A DNA stretch of 33,988 nucleotides from an uncultured Burkholderiaceae bacterium (GTDB lineage: Bacteria > Pseudomonadota > Gammaproteobacteria > Burkholderiales > Burkholderiaceae_D): assembly GCA_964465175.1 (NCBI GenBank), contig CAYXJI010000003.1, positions 1-33,988 on the forward strand, written 5' to 3'. The translations under genes were made by a program, and so were the position numbers. A model generated the notes under the pieces. It had not been told where the DNA came from. It saw nothing but the letters and a program-made list of their open reading frames with translations, and ran no database searches. This document shows positions 17,418-26,990 of this stretch, one piece after another. How positions within the stretch are numbered: the first letter of the stretch is position 1; each line of letters opens with the position of its first letter.

Positions 17418-19343
17418 ATGAAAATAATAAAGAACCCTAAGTCAAAAGGATTTCCCGCCAAGGCCATTGGCGTGGCGGTCAGTGCTACTTTGGTGGCAGG
17501 ATTGGCGGGTGTCGTGAGCGCACAAAATGCTGCGCCAGCGAATGCCGATAAAACGGTGCCAGTATTTTTTAATGGACAAGCGCAAATCGTGCCTGGCTTT
17601 CAAGACAAATCGCAATGGATTAAACAGGAACTATGGGTGCAGGCCGAGTTTGATAGTGATGGTGACGGCAAAAATGATCGCGTGCATGTGGCGGTTACTC
17701 GGCCTAAGCAAACTGAGACCGAAGGCCTCAAAGTCGCCGTGGTGTATGAATCTTCGCCCTATTTCGCTGGCACCATGAAGAATCAAAAAATGTGGGATGT
17801 GAAGCATGAGCTCGGTGCCGCACCACCTGCGCGTCCGGTCAACGAACAGGCAAAGTTTATTCCTGTGCGACCCGAGATTTCAAGAACCGAGATAGACACA
17901 TGGTTGCCGCGTGGTTTTGCCGTTGTGCATTCTGAGGCCCCCGGTACGGGCTTGTCCCAAGGTTGCCCTACGGTTGGCGGCGCCCCCGAAGAACTCGCAC
18001 CCAAAGCGGTGATCGACTGGCTCAATGGCCGCGCTAAAGCTTATACCAGCATCGATGGCAATGAAGAAGTACTAGCCACTTGGGCCACTGGCAAAGTCGG
18101 CATGACGGGGACTTCGTATAACGGCACGATTCCCTTAGCGGCGGCGACCACAGGCGTGGCAGGCTTAGAGGCAATTATTCCGATTGCGCCGAATACCTCT
18201 TACTATCACTATTATCGCAGCAATGGTTTGGTGCGACATCCGGGTGGTTATTTAGGCGAAGACATTGATCAATTGTATGACTTCATCTATAGCGGTGCGC
18301 TCGAGAAGCGTAACTACTGCAATGCCACGATACGCGATGGTTTGTATCCTGCCAAATTTGACCGCTTGCATGGTGACTACAATGATTTTTGGGCGGAACG
18401 TGATTTACTCACTAAGATCAAAGGTGTCAAAGCCGCGACCTTAATTGCGCACGGACAGCAAGATTGGAATGTCGTTCCTGAGCATTCGATTCGTATTTAC
18501 GATGCACTCAAAAAGCAAGGCGTGCCAACCCAACTGTATTTACATCAGGGCGGTCACGGCGGTGGCACACCACCATTAGAAATGCGCAATCGCTGGTTCT
18601 CGCATTATTTGTACGGTGTCGATAATGGCGTCGAGCGCGATGCACGCGCCATGATCGTGCGTGAAAATGTTGAACGCGGGACGCCACCGACGCCGTATCT
18701 CGATTACCCCAATCCCGAAGCGAGCACGGTGCATCTCTACCTCGGCGCAGGCGGCAACAAGGCCGGTCTTCTCGGTTTGACAGCGACGAGCAAGGCGACC
18801 ACGGAAAAGCTGATTGATGATGTGCAATACAAAGGCGGTGTCTTGGCCAATGCCGAGCAATCGCCACATCGCCTACTGTATGCCACAGCAGAGCTCAGCG
18901 AAGCACTACATTTATCCGGTACACCTAGCATCAAAATCCGCGTTGCTGCCAACATGCCTGCTGCCAATTTGTCGATCTGGTTGGTGACGCTACCATTTGA
19001 CGACAAAGTGGTCGGCTCCAACGGCCAAGTCGGCGTCGTCACACGCGGCTGGGCTGATCCGCAAAATTATCGCTCACTGACCAAGCCCGGCAACTACGAT
19101 TCTAAACTCGCCGGCACGCCTTTGGTGCCAAGAAAATTTGTTGATTTGACGTTTGATTTACAGCCTATGGATAGAGTCATTCCCGCCGGCAAACGCCTAG
19201 CATTGATGATCATGTCTAGCGATCAGGATTTCACGCTATGGCCCAAAGCCGGCACAGAATTAAGCGTCGATCTAGCGCAGACATCCTTAGTTTTACCCGT
19301 CGTTGGTGGCGCAGAGGCGGTGAAGAAAAGTTTGAAGAATTAA
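17418..19343 (+). CDS. Secreted Xaa-Pro dipeptidyl-peptidase (peptidase S15, PepX/CocE-NonD fold)
   Basis: Signal peptide, DSDGDGKNDR, SPY, KAVIDWLNGR, nucleophile GTSYNG, QDWNV, GGHG, C-terminal VTRGWADPQN; ATG at 17418 with GGAG RBS. Confidence 0.9.
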   Translation: MKIIKNPKSKGFPAKAIGVAVSATLVAGLAGVVSAQNAAPANADKTVPVFFNGQAQIVPGFQDKSQWIKQELWVQAEFDSDGDGKNDRVHVAVTRPKQTETEGLKVAVVYESSPYFAGTMKNQKMWDVKHELGAAPPARPVNEQAKFIPVRPEISRTEIDTWLPRGFAVVHSEAPGTGLSQGCPTVGGAPEELAPKAVIDWLNGRAKAYTSIDGNEEVLATWATGKVGMTGTSYNGTIPLAAATTGVAGLEAIIPIAPNTSYYHYYRSNGLVRHPGGYLGEDIDQLYDFIYSGALEKRNYCNATIRDGLYPAKFDRLHGDYNDFWAERDLLTKIKGVKAATLIAHGQQDWNVVPEHSIRIYDALKKQGVPTQLYLHQGGHGGGTPPLEMRNRWFSHYLYGVDNGVERDARAMIVRENVERGTPPTPYLDYPNPEASTVHLYLGAGGNKAGLLGLTATSKATTEKLIDDVQYKGGVLANAEQSPHRLLYATAELSEALHLSGTPSIKIRVAANMPAANLSIWLVTLPFDDKVVGSNGQVGVVTRGWADPQNYRSLTKPGNYDSKLAGTPLVPRKFVDLTFDLQPMDRVIPAGKRLALMIMSSDQDFTLWPKAGTELSVDLAQTSLVLPVVGGAEAVKKSLKN

Positions 19344-19362
19344 GCCTAGCATCAGTCAAAAA

Positions 19363-19416
19363 GTAGGGCGAGTGCAAGCCGTGCCGCCAGAGCAGCGCGG
19401 GTTGCACCCGCCCTAC
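19363..19416. repeat. GTAG-type REP doublet, second copy
   Basis: GTAGGGCGAGTGCAAGCCGTGC (19363-19384) and inverted GCGCGGGTTGCACCCGCCCTAC (19395-19416); the spacer shares its CGCCAG...GAGCA ends with the 9745 copy. Confidence 0.85.
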
Positions 19417-19471
19417 AAAATCTTGAAGCACCCTGTTTGGAATTTTTCCACTTTTATGATTGGATTTATGA

Positions 19472-20050
19472 ATGAAACGCCTTAGCTTATCTTTGCTCAT
19501 GTCGCTTTGTTTTGGCGCTAGCACGATGGCATTTGCCAGTGCGCCGCAGGCCTTGATGAATCAGGCATCCCCGGTGACTGTAACGACACCGCCAGCCTTG
19601 GCTGCGGATGTACAGAATGTCGATGCGATTGTTGCTGCGCTCTATGACGTGATTTCGGGTGGTGTCGGTCAGGCGCGTAATTGGAATCGCATGCGCTCTT
19701 TGTTCATTCCCGAAGCGCGTATCATGGCGATTTTTCCAAAGAAAGACGGCAAGGAATTGGGTTTGCGCATCATGACTCTGAGCGACTATATCGCCAACGC
19801 CGGTCCGCGTTTGATCGAAGTGGGCTTTAGAGAAAAGGAGCTCAATCGCAGAACCGAACAATGGGGTGAACTCACCCATGTTTTTACCAGCTATGAAGCG
19901 GTCGAAGAAAAAGACGGCACTGTGCGGCGCGGGATCAATAGCGTGCAAATGATGTTTGATGGTACGAGATGGTGGATTATTTCTTTGCTTTTCGAAGCAG
20001 AGCGCCCGCAATTAAGTTTGCCTGAAAACTTAGCGACTGCGCGCAAGTAA
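19472..20050 (+). CDS. Exported NTF2/SnoaL-like hypothetical protein
   Basis: Signal peptide; DAIVAALYDVISG....RNW.RMRSLF.P.AR, F.E.E..R..E.WG..HVF.SYE, RGINSVQ..FDG.RWWI. Confidence 0.8.
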   Translation: MKRLSLSLLMSLCFGASTMAFASAPQALMNQASPVTVTTPPALAADVQNVDAIVAALYDVISGGVGQARNWNRMRSLFIPEARIMAIFPKKDGKELGLRIMTLSDYIANAGPRLIEVGFREKELNRRTEQWGELTHVFTSYEAVEEKDGTVRRGINSVQMMFDGTRWWIISLLFEAERPQLSLPENLATARK

Positions 20051-20139
20051 ATAGCGTGACATGCGCGTATCGGCTCAGCCAAGCAGTTGATGTGATTTAT
20101 CCATAGGTCAATGGGGATGAGGTGCGCATTACTCGAGTC

Positions 20140-20592
20140 TTACTGGAGCTTTAAGCGCATCAGCAGCCCTATGCCCAATTGCATCTGCTGACTACCTAGC
20201 ATTTCAAATCCACACGCGATATAAAACTGTTCTGCGTGGGGATTGCCAATGACATGAAGAAATTTGGCGCCCATTTTCTTTGCTTTGCGAGCAGAATACT
20301 CGACCAAAAGTTGGCCGATGCCTTGGCGCCAATAGCTAGGCTCCACAAACAATCCATCCAACTCTATATCGCCATCTTCGCGTGGCACCATGTTGAAGAA
20401 ACCTACTATCATGTTGGCACGTTCGGCCACAAAAACCTCGCCTTGAATAATCTGTTGCAAGGGTAATTCGATGGCGTCGTGTTGGGCGAGCAATGCTTCG
20501 CGGTCGCCCTCATTGGCGAGAGAGGCGCGCCATTGCAGTGCCTCAAGTGAATGGTGTTCGGAAGCTAGCGTGGGTCGAATGACGATGTTCAT
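20140..20592 (-). CDS. GNAT family N-acetyltransferase
   Basis: ELDGLFVEPSYWRQGIGQLL (motif A) and NPHAEQFY..CGF; ATG at 20592. Confidence 0.9.
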   Translation of the reverse strand: MNIVIRPTLASEHHSLEALQWRASLANEGDREALLAQHDAIELPLQQIIQGEVFVAERANMIVGFFNMVPREDGDIELDGLFVEPSYWRQGIGQLLVEYSARKAKKMGAKFLHVIGNPHAEQFYIACGFEMLGSQQMQLGIGLLMRLKLQ

Positions 20593-20737
20593 AATGCGCA
20601 ACAGAGATAAGGGGTAGGTAAAGCTTTCTCGCCTAGAGGCGTCGGCGACAACGATCTTGGGGGGCTTTGCGTAAGGCTTAAGAAGTTTAGGTAATGGCAG
20701 AGGTCTTTGCATGCCACCACCTGACAGTAATGATTAT

Positions 20738-20773
20738 CCCAGATTTCCATTTGGCGCACCTGCGGTACTATTG
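20738..20773 (+). repeat. Truncated copy of a dispersed intergenic repeat (copy 1 of 3)
   Basis: TTTCCATTTGGCGCACCTGCGGTACTATTG (20744-20773) matches 23542-23571 at 28/30 bp; preceded by TA-TCCCAGA. Confidence 0.8.
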
Positions 20774-20914
20774 TTTTACACTCGCGCCTTTAACGTAAAT
20801 TAATCAGTAGAACTTCTCGCCATGAATGCGCCGTGTGCCTGATTTGTATTGATTGTGGACATTTTGTTGTGTGATACTTCGGCACTCTACTATTGATGGC
20901 GAACCGAAACGCTT

Positions 20915-22342
20915 ATGTACAAAGTGCTGTTGTCTGCTTTATGTTTGGTATTGTTCTCTTTATTGTTCGTGCTTGCGCCACTAGTAAGCGCGCAAACGGC
21001 TGCGATAGCGTTTACTGCCGATGAGATGACTTATATTCGTCAATCGCCGCGTATCAAAATGTGTGTAGATCCTGATTGGGTGCCATTTGAGCGCATCACG
21101 CCTGAGGGCAGGCATGAGGGAATCGCAGCTGATTTAGTACAACTGGTGGCGCAGCGCGTCGGTTTGCGGATTGAGCTGTATCCTGTCAAAAATTGGGACG
21201 AAAGCTTGGCCGCATCCAAGGCAGGCCGTTGTCAGATCATGAGCTTTTTAAACCAATCAGTGCAACGAGAGATGTGGTTAGGCTTCACGCCCCCCATTTT
21301 CGAAGACCCCAATATCTTGGTGGCGCGTGAGGAGCATCCATTTGTTGGTGATTTACGGGGTTTGACAAATGAAGTCGTCGTACTACCTCGCGGCACCATG
21401 GTTGAAGAACGCATCCGCAGTGAATTCCCCAACCTACGTGTGGTTCTTACAAGTAGTGAGAATGAGGCCGTCGATATGGTGTCCTCGCGCAAAGCCGATT
21501 TGACGGTGCGCTCTTTAATTGTTGCCGCTTATGCGATCAAAAAAGAAGGTCTATTTAATCTCAAAATTGCGGGTCAAGTACCGCAGCTTACTAATCAATT
21601 GCGGATTGGCGTTTTAAAAGATGAAACCCTGTTATTGAGTATTCTCGACAAAGGTGTACGCACAATCACGCCGCAAGAACGCGAAGCGATATCGAATCAG
21701 CATGTCGCGGTCAATGTACAGCAAGGCATCGATTATCAACTGTTTTGGAAAGTGCTTGCGGTCGCCGCCCTGCTTTTATTAATGGTTTTTTATTGGAACC
21801 GCAAACTCAGTCGTTTGAACCGAAAGTTGGAGCAACTTGCGGTCACTGATCAGCTTACAGGGCTGTATAACCGGCTCAAAATTGACCAGACTTTAAATAG
21901 CGAAATTCAACGTGCTCAGCGTACAGGACAGCCCCTCAGCCTGATGATGTTAGACCTCGATTATTTCAAACAAATCAACGATGTCTTTGGTCATCAAGCG
22001 GGCGATCAAGCCTTGCTTAGTTTGGCCGAATTGTTGCATGTCCGAACCCGTGAAATTGACCTTGTAGGGCGCTGGGGCGGCGAAGAATTTATTATCATTT
22101 GCCCGCACACCACGCTCGAAGGCGCACTCACCCTAGCAGAAAGCGTGCGCGCCACCGTTGCAGCACACCGATTCGCGCACAAACAAGACCTCACTGTCAG
22201 CATAGGCGTGTCGAATTATGGAGAAGGAGATTCCGGCAAAGATTTAGTTGCCCGTGCGGATGCTGCTCTGTACATGGCCAAACACGCGGGGCGCAATCAA
22301 GTGAAAGTACAAAGCAAAGTCAACAGCGGTAAATTGGATTAG
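20915..22342 (+). CDS. Diguanylate cyclase with periplasmic PBPb (BvgS-like) sensor domain
   Basis: Signal/TM, VDPDWVPFE periplasmic domain, TM, TDQLTGLYNR, DLDYFKQIND, intact RxxD I-site (REID) and GGEEF. Confidence 0.93.
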   Translation: MYKVLLSALCLVLFSLLFVLAPLVSAQTAAIAFTADEMTYIRQSPRIKMCVDPDWVPFERITPEGRHEGIAADLVQLVAQRVGLRIELYPVKNWDESLAASKAGRCQIMSFLNQSVQREMWLGFTPPIFEDPNILVAREEHPFVGDLRGLTNEVVVLPRGTMVEERIRSEFPNLRVVLTSSENEAVDMVSSRKADLTVRSLIVAAYAIKKEGLFNLKIAGQVPQLTNQLRIGVLKDETLLLSILDKGVRTITPQEREAISNQHVAVNVQQGIDYQLFWKVLAVAALLLLMVFYWNRKLSRLNRKLEQLAVTDQLTGLYNRLKIDQTLNSEIQRAQRTGQPLSLMMLDLDYFKQINDVFGHQAGDQALLSLAELLHVRTREIDLVGRWGGEEFIIICPHTTLEGALTLAESVRATVAAHRFAHKQDLTVSIGVSNYGEGDSGKDLVARADAALYMAKHAGRNQVKVQSKVNSGKLD

Positions 22343-22436
22343 TATCTGCTTTCTGTGAACCCAACTATAAGTCCAATTTTGATGCAAATTGGCCTCTAGT
22401 AGCGGTTCACAGCCTATATTTGCGGCAGAAGGTAAT

Positions 22437-22736
22437 ATGAACAAAACTGATTTCCATACATTTTATGCTCTCTACATGGCATCACACCAAAACCGCTGGA
22501 ATCGGCGTGTGCATTTACTCGGCTGGCTGCTTGGCAGCGCGCAAGCTGCGTGGGCCTTGGTGAGCGGGCAGTATTGGGTGATTGTTTTGGCACCTATGCC
22601 CGCCTTGATAGCGATCTGGGTTGGGCATCAAATCTTAGAGCCAGGTGCTGATATCGAATTTAAACATCCTTTTTTAACCGCCTTTGCCAATCTGCGGATG
22701 TTTGGGCAAATGCTAACGGGACGTATCCCGTTTTGA
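22437..22736 (+). CDS. DUF962 / Mpo1-like membrane protein
   Basis: FY..Y...HQNRWNRRVH..G, WVGHQILE...FKHP, M..GRIPF; ATG at 22437 after GAAGG. Confidence 0.82.
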   Translation: MNKTDFHTFYALYMASHQNRWNRRVHLLGWLLGSAQAAWALVSGQYWVIVLAPMPALIAIWVGHQILEPGADIEFKHPFLTAFANLRMFGQMLTGRIPF

Positions 22737-22739
22737 TGT

Positions 22740-23510
22740 ATGTCATTCTCGACGATACTTCCTTCTGTCATGACTCCGTATTGGAGTTGGATGAATCTGC
22801 AATTCGACCTGTGGTTGCAGATGGATTGGTATTGGGCGTGGCTGCTGGCCAGCGTGGTACATGTGTCCATCTATTTAATAGGCGGCGGCATCGGTTGGTT
22901 TTTGACGCGTCAATTATGGCCAGCAATCGGTTTGGGGCAAGAGATAGATGCGCGTCCGCTCAAGGCGGGACAGCTCGCTTTTGAATTAAAAAATGGCTTG
23001 CAAGCTTGTTTGATTTTTGGTGTGTTTAGCCTCAGCTATCGTTTTTTGTGCGAGGGAATTTGGCCTCCTGATATCACCACCGCTATGTGGCAATTGGCCA
23101 GCTTTGTGGTGTTTAATAATCTGTATTCTTATGCCAGTCATCGGCTTTTGCACAGTCGCAGCCTGATTCGCCTACACGCCGTACATCACCGCTCGGTGCG
23201 GGTCACACCTTTTTCGAGTTACAGCGTACACGCGCTAGAGGCCATGGTCATTGCTGCGACGCTGCCACTGTTTATGGTGCTCGTGCCGCTAGGTTTAGGC
23301 ATGGCCGTCTTACTGCATGCGGTGGGGATGATGTACACCGTTTGCATACACTGCAATTATGATTTATGGCCTGCTTTATCCGACCAGCATTGGTTCAAAA
23401 AATTGCTCAATCACCCGACTTATCATCGTTATCACCACACGCTAGGTAACGTGAATTACGGCTTTACTAATCGGGTGTTGGATAAGTTGTTTGGAACGAA
23501 TAAGGATTAA
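22740..23510 (+). CDS. Sterol desaturase / fatty-acid hydroxylase superfamily protein
   Basis: His boxes HRLLH, HAVHH, IHC and HRYHH, followed by NYG....LDKLFGT. Confidence 0.88.
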   Translation: MSFSTILPSVMTPYWSWMNLQFDLWLQMDWYWAWLLASVVHVSIYLIGGGIGWFLTRQLWPAIGLGQEIDARPLKAGQLAFELKNGLQACLIFGVFSLSYRFLCEGIWPPDITTAMWQLASFVVFNNLYSYASHRLLHSRSLIRLHAVHHRSVRVTPFSSYSVHALEAMVIAATLPLFMVLVPLGLGMAVLLHAVGMMYTVCIHCNYDLWPALSDQHWFKKLLNHPTYHRYHHTLGNVNYGFTNRVLDKLFGTNKD

Positions 23511-23534
23511 TCGCGTTCGATCTTGAAGCTTGAA

Positions 23535-23632
23535 CCCAAACTTTCCATTTGGCGCACCTGCGGCGCTATTGGCGTGCTGACGGCGCATTTTGGGCTATTT
23601 TTGCTATTTTTCGTTGCGAATAGCTTGCTATT
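23535..23632 (+). repeat. Dispersed intergenic repeat (copy 2), upstream of modA
   Basis: Aligns over ~97 bp with the reverse complement of 26991-27087, including a perfect 27-mer GCTATTGGCGTGCTGACGGCGCATTTT; internal hairpin AATAGC-TT-GCTATT. Confidence 0.85.
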
Positions 23633-23697
23633 TGAATTCATATTGCATGACCCAAATCAAGCCAAGTCAACATCGTAAGCGGATAGATTTTACGAGT

Positions 23698-23721
23698 CGT
23701 TATATATCCGTGTATATTACG
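23698..23721. promoter_or_regulatory. ModE binding site
   Basis: CGTTATATA-N6-TATATTACG matches the known ModE operator consensus CGnTATATA-N6-TATATAnCG, 28 bp before the modA start. Confidence 0.88.
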
Positions 23722-23749
23722 GTTTTCCCGATGTTTCTTGGAGGCTAAT

Positions 23750-24517
23750 ATGTCGATTCCGGCGCTAAAGTTAGCATTTGCCAGCTTTCTGTTGGCAATA
23801 GCGGCGAATCTCGCTTATGCCGGTGATTTGACGGTATCTGCTGCAGCCAGTTTGACGAATGCCTTTAAGGAAATCGCTCAGCGTTATCAAGCCCACTATC
23901 CCGATGCAAAACTTGCCTTAAATTTTGGCGCGTCAGGTGCTTTGTTGCAGCAGATCGCGAAGGGCGCACCGGTGGATGTGTTTGCTTCTGCTGATCAAGA
24001 GACCATGGATGCGGCAGAAAAGCAGGGTTTGGTCGTGGGCAGCGAACGCCGCAATTTGCTTAAAAATAGTTTGGTGTTGATCGCCCCAAATGAAGGCGCG
24101 GATAACAAAATCACTTTGAAGCGCTTGCAGGATTTGCATCAAGTAGCGATTAAACGGATCGCGATTGGTAATCCGGCTAGCGTGCCAGTGGGGCGCTACA
24201 CCGTGCATGCGCTCACAGCGGCTCAGTTGTGGCCGGCTTTGGAAAAGAAGGTGATTCAGACTCAAAATGTGCGTCAAGCTTTGGATTATGTGGCACGTGG
24301 CGAAGTCGATGCCGGCTTTGTATATGCGACCGATGCGGCGTTGATGCCTGATAAAGTCAACATCGTTTTTGAGGTGCCCTTGGATGTCGCGATTAGTTAC
24401 CCGATTGCGCCAATTAAGGAGAGCAACAATAGAGTTGAGGCCAAGCGTTTTATCCAATTTTTGCTGTCGCCGCAAAGTCAGGCGATCTTGGCTAAATATG
24501 GTTTTCAAAAACCTTGA
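23750..24517 (+). CDS. modA: Molybdate ABC transporter periplasmic binding protein
   Basis: VSAAASL, FGASGALLQQIAKGAPVDVFASAD, GNPASVPVGRY, NVRQALDYV..GEVDAGFVYATD; GGAGG RBS. Confidence 0.95.
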   Translation: MSIPALKLAFASFLLAIAANLAYAGDLTVSAAASLTNAFKEIAQRYQAHYPDAKLALNFGASGALLQQIAKGAPVDVFASADQETMDAAEKQGLVVGSERRNLLKNSLVLIAPNEGADNKITLKRLQDLHQVAIKRIAIGNPASVPVGRYTVHALTAAQLWPALEKKVIQTQNVRQALDYVARGEVDAGFVYATDAALMPDKVNIVFEVPLDVAISYPIAPIKESNNRVEAKRFIQFLLSPQSQAILAKYGFQKP

Positions 24518-24532
24518 TGGGATCCCGCTCGC

Positions 24533-25210
24533 ATGAATTTTGAGTTGACCGCCATACTCTTGTCCTTAAAAGTCGCCGGTTGCGCGACCGCGATTAATCT
24601 CGTGTTGGGTGTCTTGGTGGGCTATGCCTTGGCGCGTCTGCGGTTCCCAGGGCGCAATTTGCTCGATACGGTGTTGACCCTGCCGATGGTGATGCCGCCG
24701 ACGGTACTTGGCTACTATCTGTTGGTCTTGATGGGACGACGGAGTTGGTTAGGCGCTTGGCTGCAAGATCACTTTGGCTTTAGTTTTATCTTTACTTGGC
24801 AAGGTGCGGTGGTGGCGGCGTCTATCGTATCTTTCCCGCTGGTATTTAAGCCTGCTCGTGCGGCGTTTGAGGCGGTGGACGGACAACTGGAACAAGCGGC
24901 GCGCGTGTTGGGGATCGCGGAGATGGCGCTCTTTTTCAGAGTCACTTTACCACTCGCATGGCGCGGGATATTGGCCGGAGTTCTGCTGGGCTTCGCGCGC
25001 GCTTTGGGTGAATTTGGTGCGACTTTGATGGTGGCGGGCAGCATCCCCGGCAAGACGCAGACGCTGTCGATTGCGATTTATGAAGCGGTGCAGGCGGGGC
25101 AAGATGATGCGGCGAATACTTTAGTGCTGTTGACCTCGGCGTTGTGTATTGCGGTGCTGCTGATTGCGGGGAAATTAGCACCAGGGCGGGTGAGTAATCG
25201 CGACAATTAA
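24533..25210 (+). CDS. modB: Molybdate ABC transporter permease
   Basis: LPMVMPPTVLGYYLL, EQAARVLG (EAA loop), FARALGEFGATLMVAGSIPGKTQT. Confidence 0.95.
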   Translation: MNFELTAILLSLKVAGCATAINLVLGVLVGYALARLRFPGRNLLDTVLTLPMVMPPTVLGYYLLVLMGRRSWLGAWLQDHFGFSFIFTWQGAVVAASIVSFPLVFKPARAAFEAVDGQLEQAARVLGIAEMALFFRVTLPLAWRGILAGVLLGFARALGEFGATLMVAGSIPGKTQTLSIAIYEAVQAGQDDAANTLVLLTSALCIAVLLIAGKLAPGRVSNRDN

Positions 25211-25280
25211 ATTGTGCCTAAGTGATTAGCGCGTCGCTAAGGCAAGGGCAAAATACTGAGAAAACAGCAAAGAGATCGCC

Positions 25281-25979
25281 ATGCGTTTCGATATTCATTT
25301 TCAAAAAAAACTCACTTCGGAAAAACGCGTCTTTGAACTCGACGTACGCCTAACCAGCACTAGCGATCACCAGCGCATCGTTATTCTCGGCGAATCAGGC
25401 TCCGGCAAAAGTTTAACGCTCAAAGCGATAGCCGGCTTGATTACGCCTGATAGCGGTCATATTGCGCTAGGTGATCAGCTCTTTTTTCATCAACAGCGTC
25501 GCATTCGTCTAGCACCACAACAGCGACGCTTGGCCTATCTATTTCAAGACTACGCGCTGTTTCCGCATTTGAATGTGCGGCAAAACATTGCCTTTGGCTT
25601 GAGCAGATCGTGGCGCAATCCGCATCCACAAACGCCAGACCCCGATGTCGCGTATTGGCTAGATGCATTTCAATTGCGCGCGGTCGCAGATCAAATGCCC
25701 GATCAACTCTCAGGTGGACAAAAACAACGCACGGCACTCGCGCGCGCCGTGATTGCGCGACCGGCTGCTTTGCTATTGGATGAACCATTTGCCGCACTCG
25801 ATCCTGCTTTGCGTAGTAGCTTGCGACAAGAACTAGATGCATTGCAGCGCAGCTTACGAGTGCCAATGATCTTGATCACGCATGATCCAGAAGACGCCGC
25901 TGTGTTTGGTGAACAAGTCTTGATCATGCGCGAGGGCCGCGTCACGCCAGCAAGCACTACTTCTGAAAGCAAAGATTAA
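25281..25979 (+). CDS. modC: Molybdate ABC transporter ATPase (short form, no C-terminal TOBE domain)
   Basis: GESGSGKS, FQDYALFPHL, LSGGQKQR, LLLDEP, ITHD; operon context. Confidence 0.9.
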   Translation: MRFDIHFQKKLTSEKRVFELDVRLTSTSDHQRIVILGESGSGKSLTLKAIAGLITPDSGHIALGDQLFFHQQRRIRLAPQQRRLAYLFQDYALFPHLNVRQNIAFGLSRSWRNPHPQTPDPDVAYWLDAFQLRAVADQMPDQLSGGQKQRTALARAVIARPAALLLDEPFAALDPALRSSLRQELDALQRSLRVPMILITHDPEDAAVFGEQVLIMREGRVTPASTTSESKD

Positions 25980-25980
25980 A

Positions 25981-26874
25981 ATGCCAAATCAAATTAAAGT
26001 CAGCCCCAAAGTAAAGCCCAAGTCCAAAGCGACGCCCACCGATAAAGACAACAACATCGCATTGCAAGGCGCCGTTTGGATGACCGTCGATGGCGAAAAT
26101 TTTGGCGGCAAAGGACGCATAGAATTGCTGGCACACATCGCCGCCTCCGGTTCGATCACGCAAGCAGCCAAGGCCATCAAGATGAGTTACAAAGCCGCGT
26201 GGGATGCGATTGACAATATGAATAATCTAGCCGGTGAGCCTTTGGTCGAGCGCTTGACCGGCGGCAAAGGCGGCGGCGGTACGCGCCTCACACAACGCGG
26301 TCAGCAATTGGTCGATAATTTCAAACTCATAGAACAAGAGCACAAAGCCTTTATCGCGCAACTGAGCCAACACGCCGAGCATATCGCCGATGACTTTTTA
26401 CTCCTCCAAAAAATGAATATGCGAACCAGCGTGCGCAATCAATATCGCGGCATCATCACCCACATTCAACTCGGCGCGGTGAATGACCAAATCGAAATGC
26501 GCATCGCGGGCAATCAAAAACTGATCGCGATAGTGACGCACGAAAGCTGCGAAGAGCTGGGACTGCAACTAGGCTCAGAAGTATTCGCCTTGGTCAAAGC
26601 ATCCTCCATTATCGTGATGGTAGCGACCGAGCCTAGCGAACCTAGGCAAACTAGCGAGCACATCAAGCTATCGGCTCGCAACCAGCTAAGCGGTCTGATT
26701 TCACGTATACAAATGGGTGCCGTGAACACCGAAATTGTGATCGAACTACCCGGCGGCGCCTCCTTAGCCGCCACCATTACCAACGCTAGCTGCGCGGATC
26801 TTGGCCTAAGGCTAGGGCAAGCCGCGACGGGCATATTTAAGGCATCAAGTGTCATCATCGGCGTGCCGGCCTAG
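25981..26874 (+). CDS. modE: Molybdate-responsive regulator (wHTH plus two TOBE/Mop domains)
   Basis: GSITQAAKAIKMSYKAAWDAID.MN..GGKGGGG, TSVRNQ, KASS, SARNQ, FKASSVI. Confidence 0.93.
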   Translation: MPNQIKVSPKVKPKSKATPTDKDNNIALQGAVWMTVDGENFGGKGRIELLAHIAASGSITQAAKAIKMSYKAAWDAIDNMNNLAGEPLVERLTGGKGGGGTRLTQRGQQLVDNFKLIEQEHKAFIAQLSQHAEHIADDFLLLQKMNMRTSVRNQYRGIITHIQLGAVNDQIEMRIAGNQKLIAIVTHESCEELGLQLGSEVFALVKASSIIVMVATEPSEPRQTSEHIKLSARNQLSGLISRIQMGAVNTEIVIELPGGASLAATITNASCADLGLRLGQAATGIFKASSVIIGVPA

Positions 26875-26990
26875 TTTGGTGGTGCCGAATCTTGCCACCG
26901 AGTCCAAATCAGCAGATTAAAAGTTTCCAAAGGGATTTGCGATGAAGACGGATGTACTTTTCGAGCGTGTTGTGATGCGAATGAGGCGCT

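Noticed and set aside
23535-23700. Moco riboswitch upstream of modA
   Set aside because: The sequence is a repeat also found at 20738 and, inverted, at 26991-27087; the ModE box already explains regulation.
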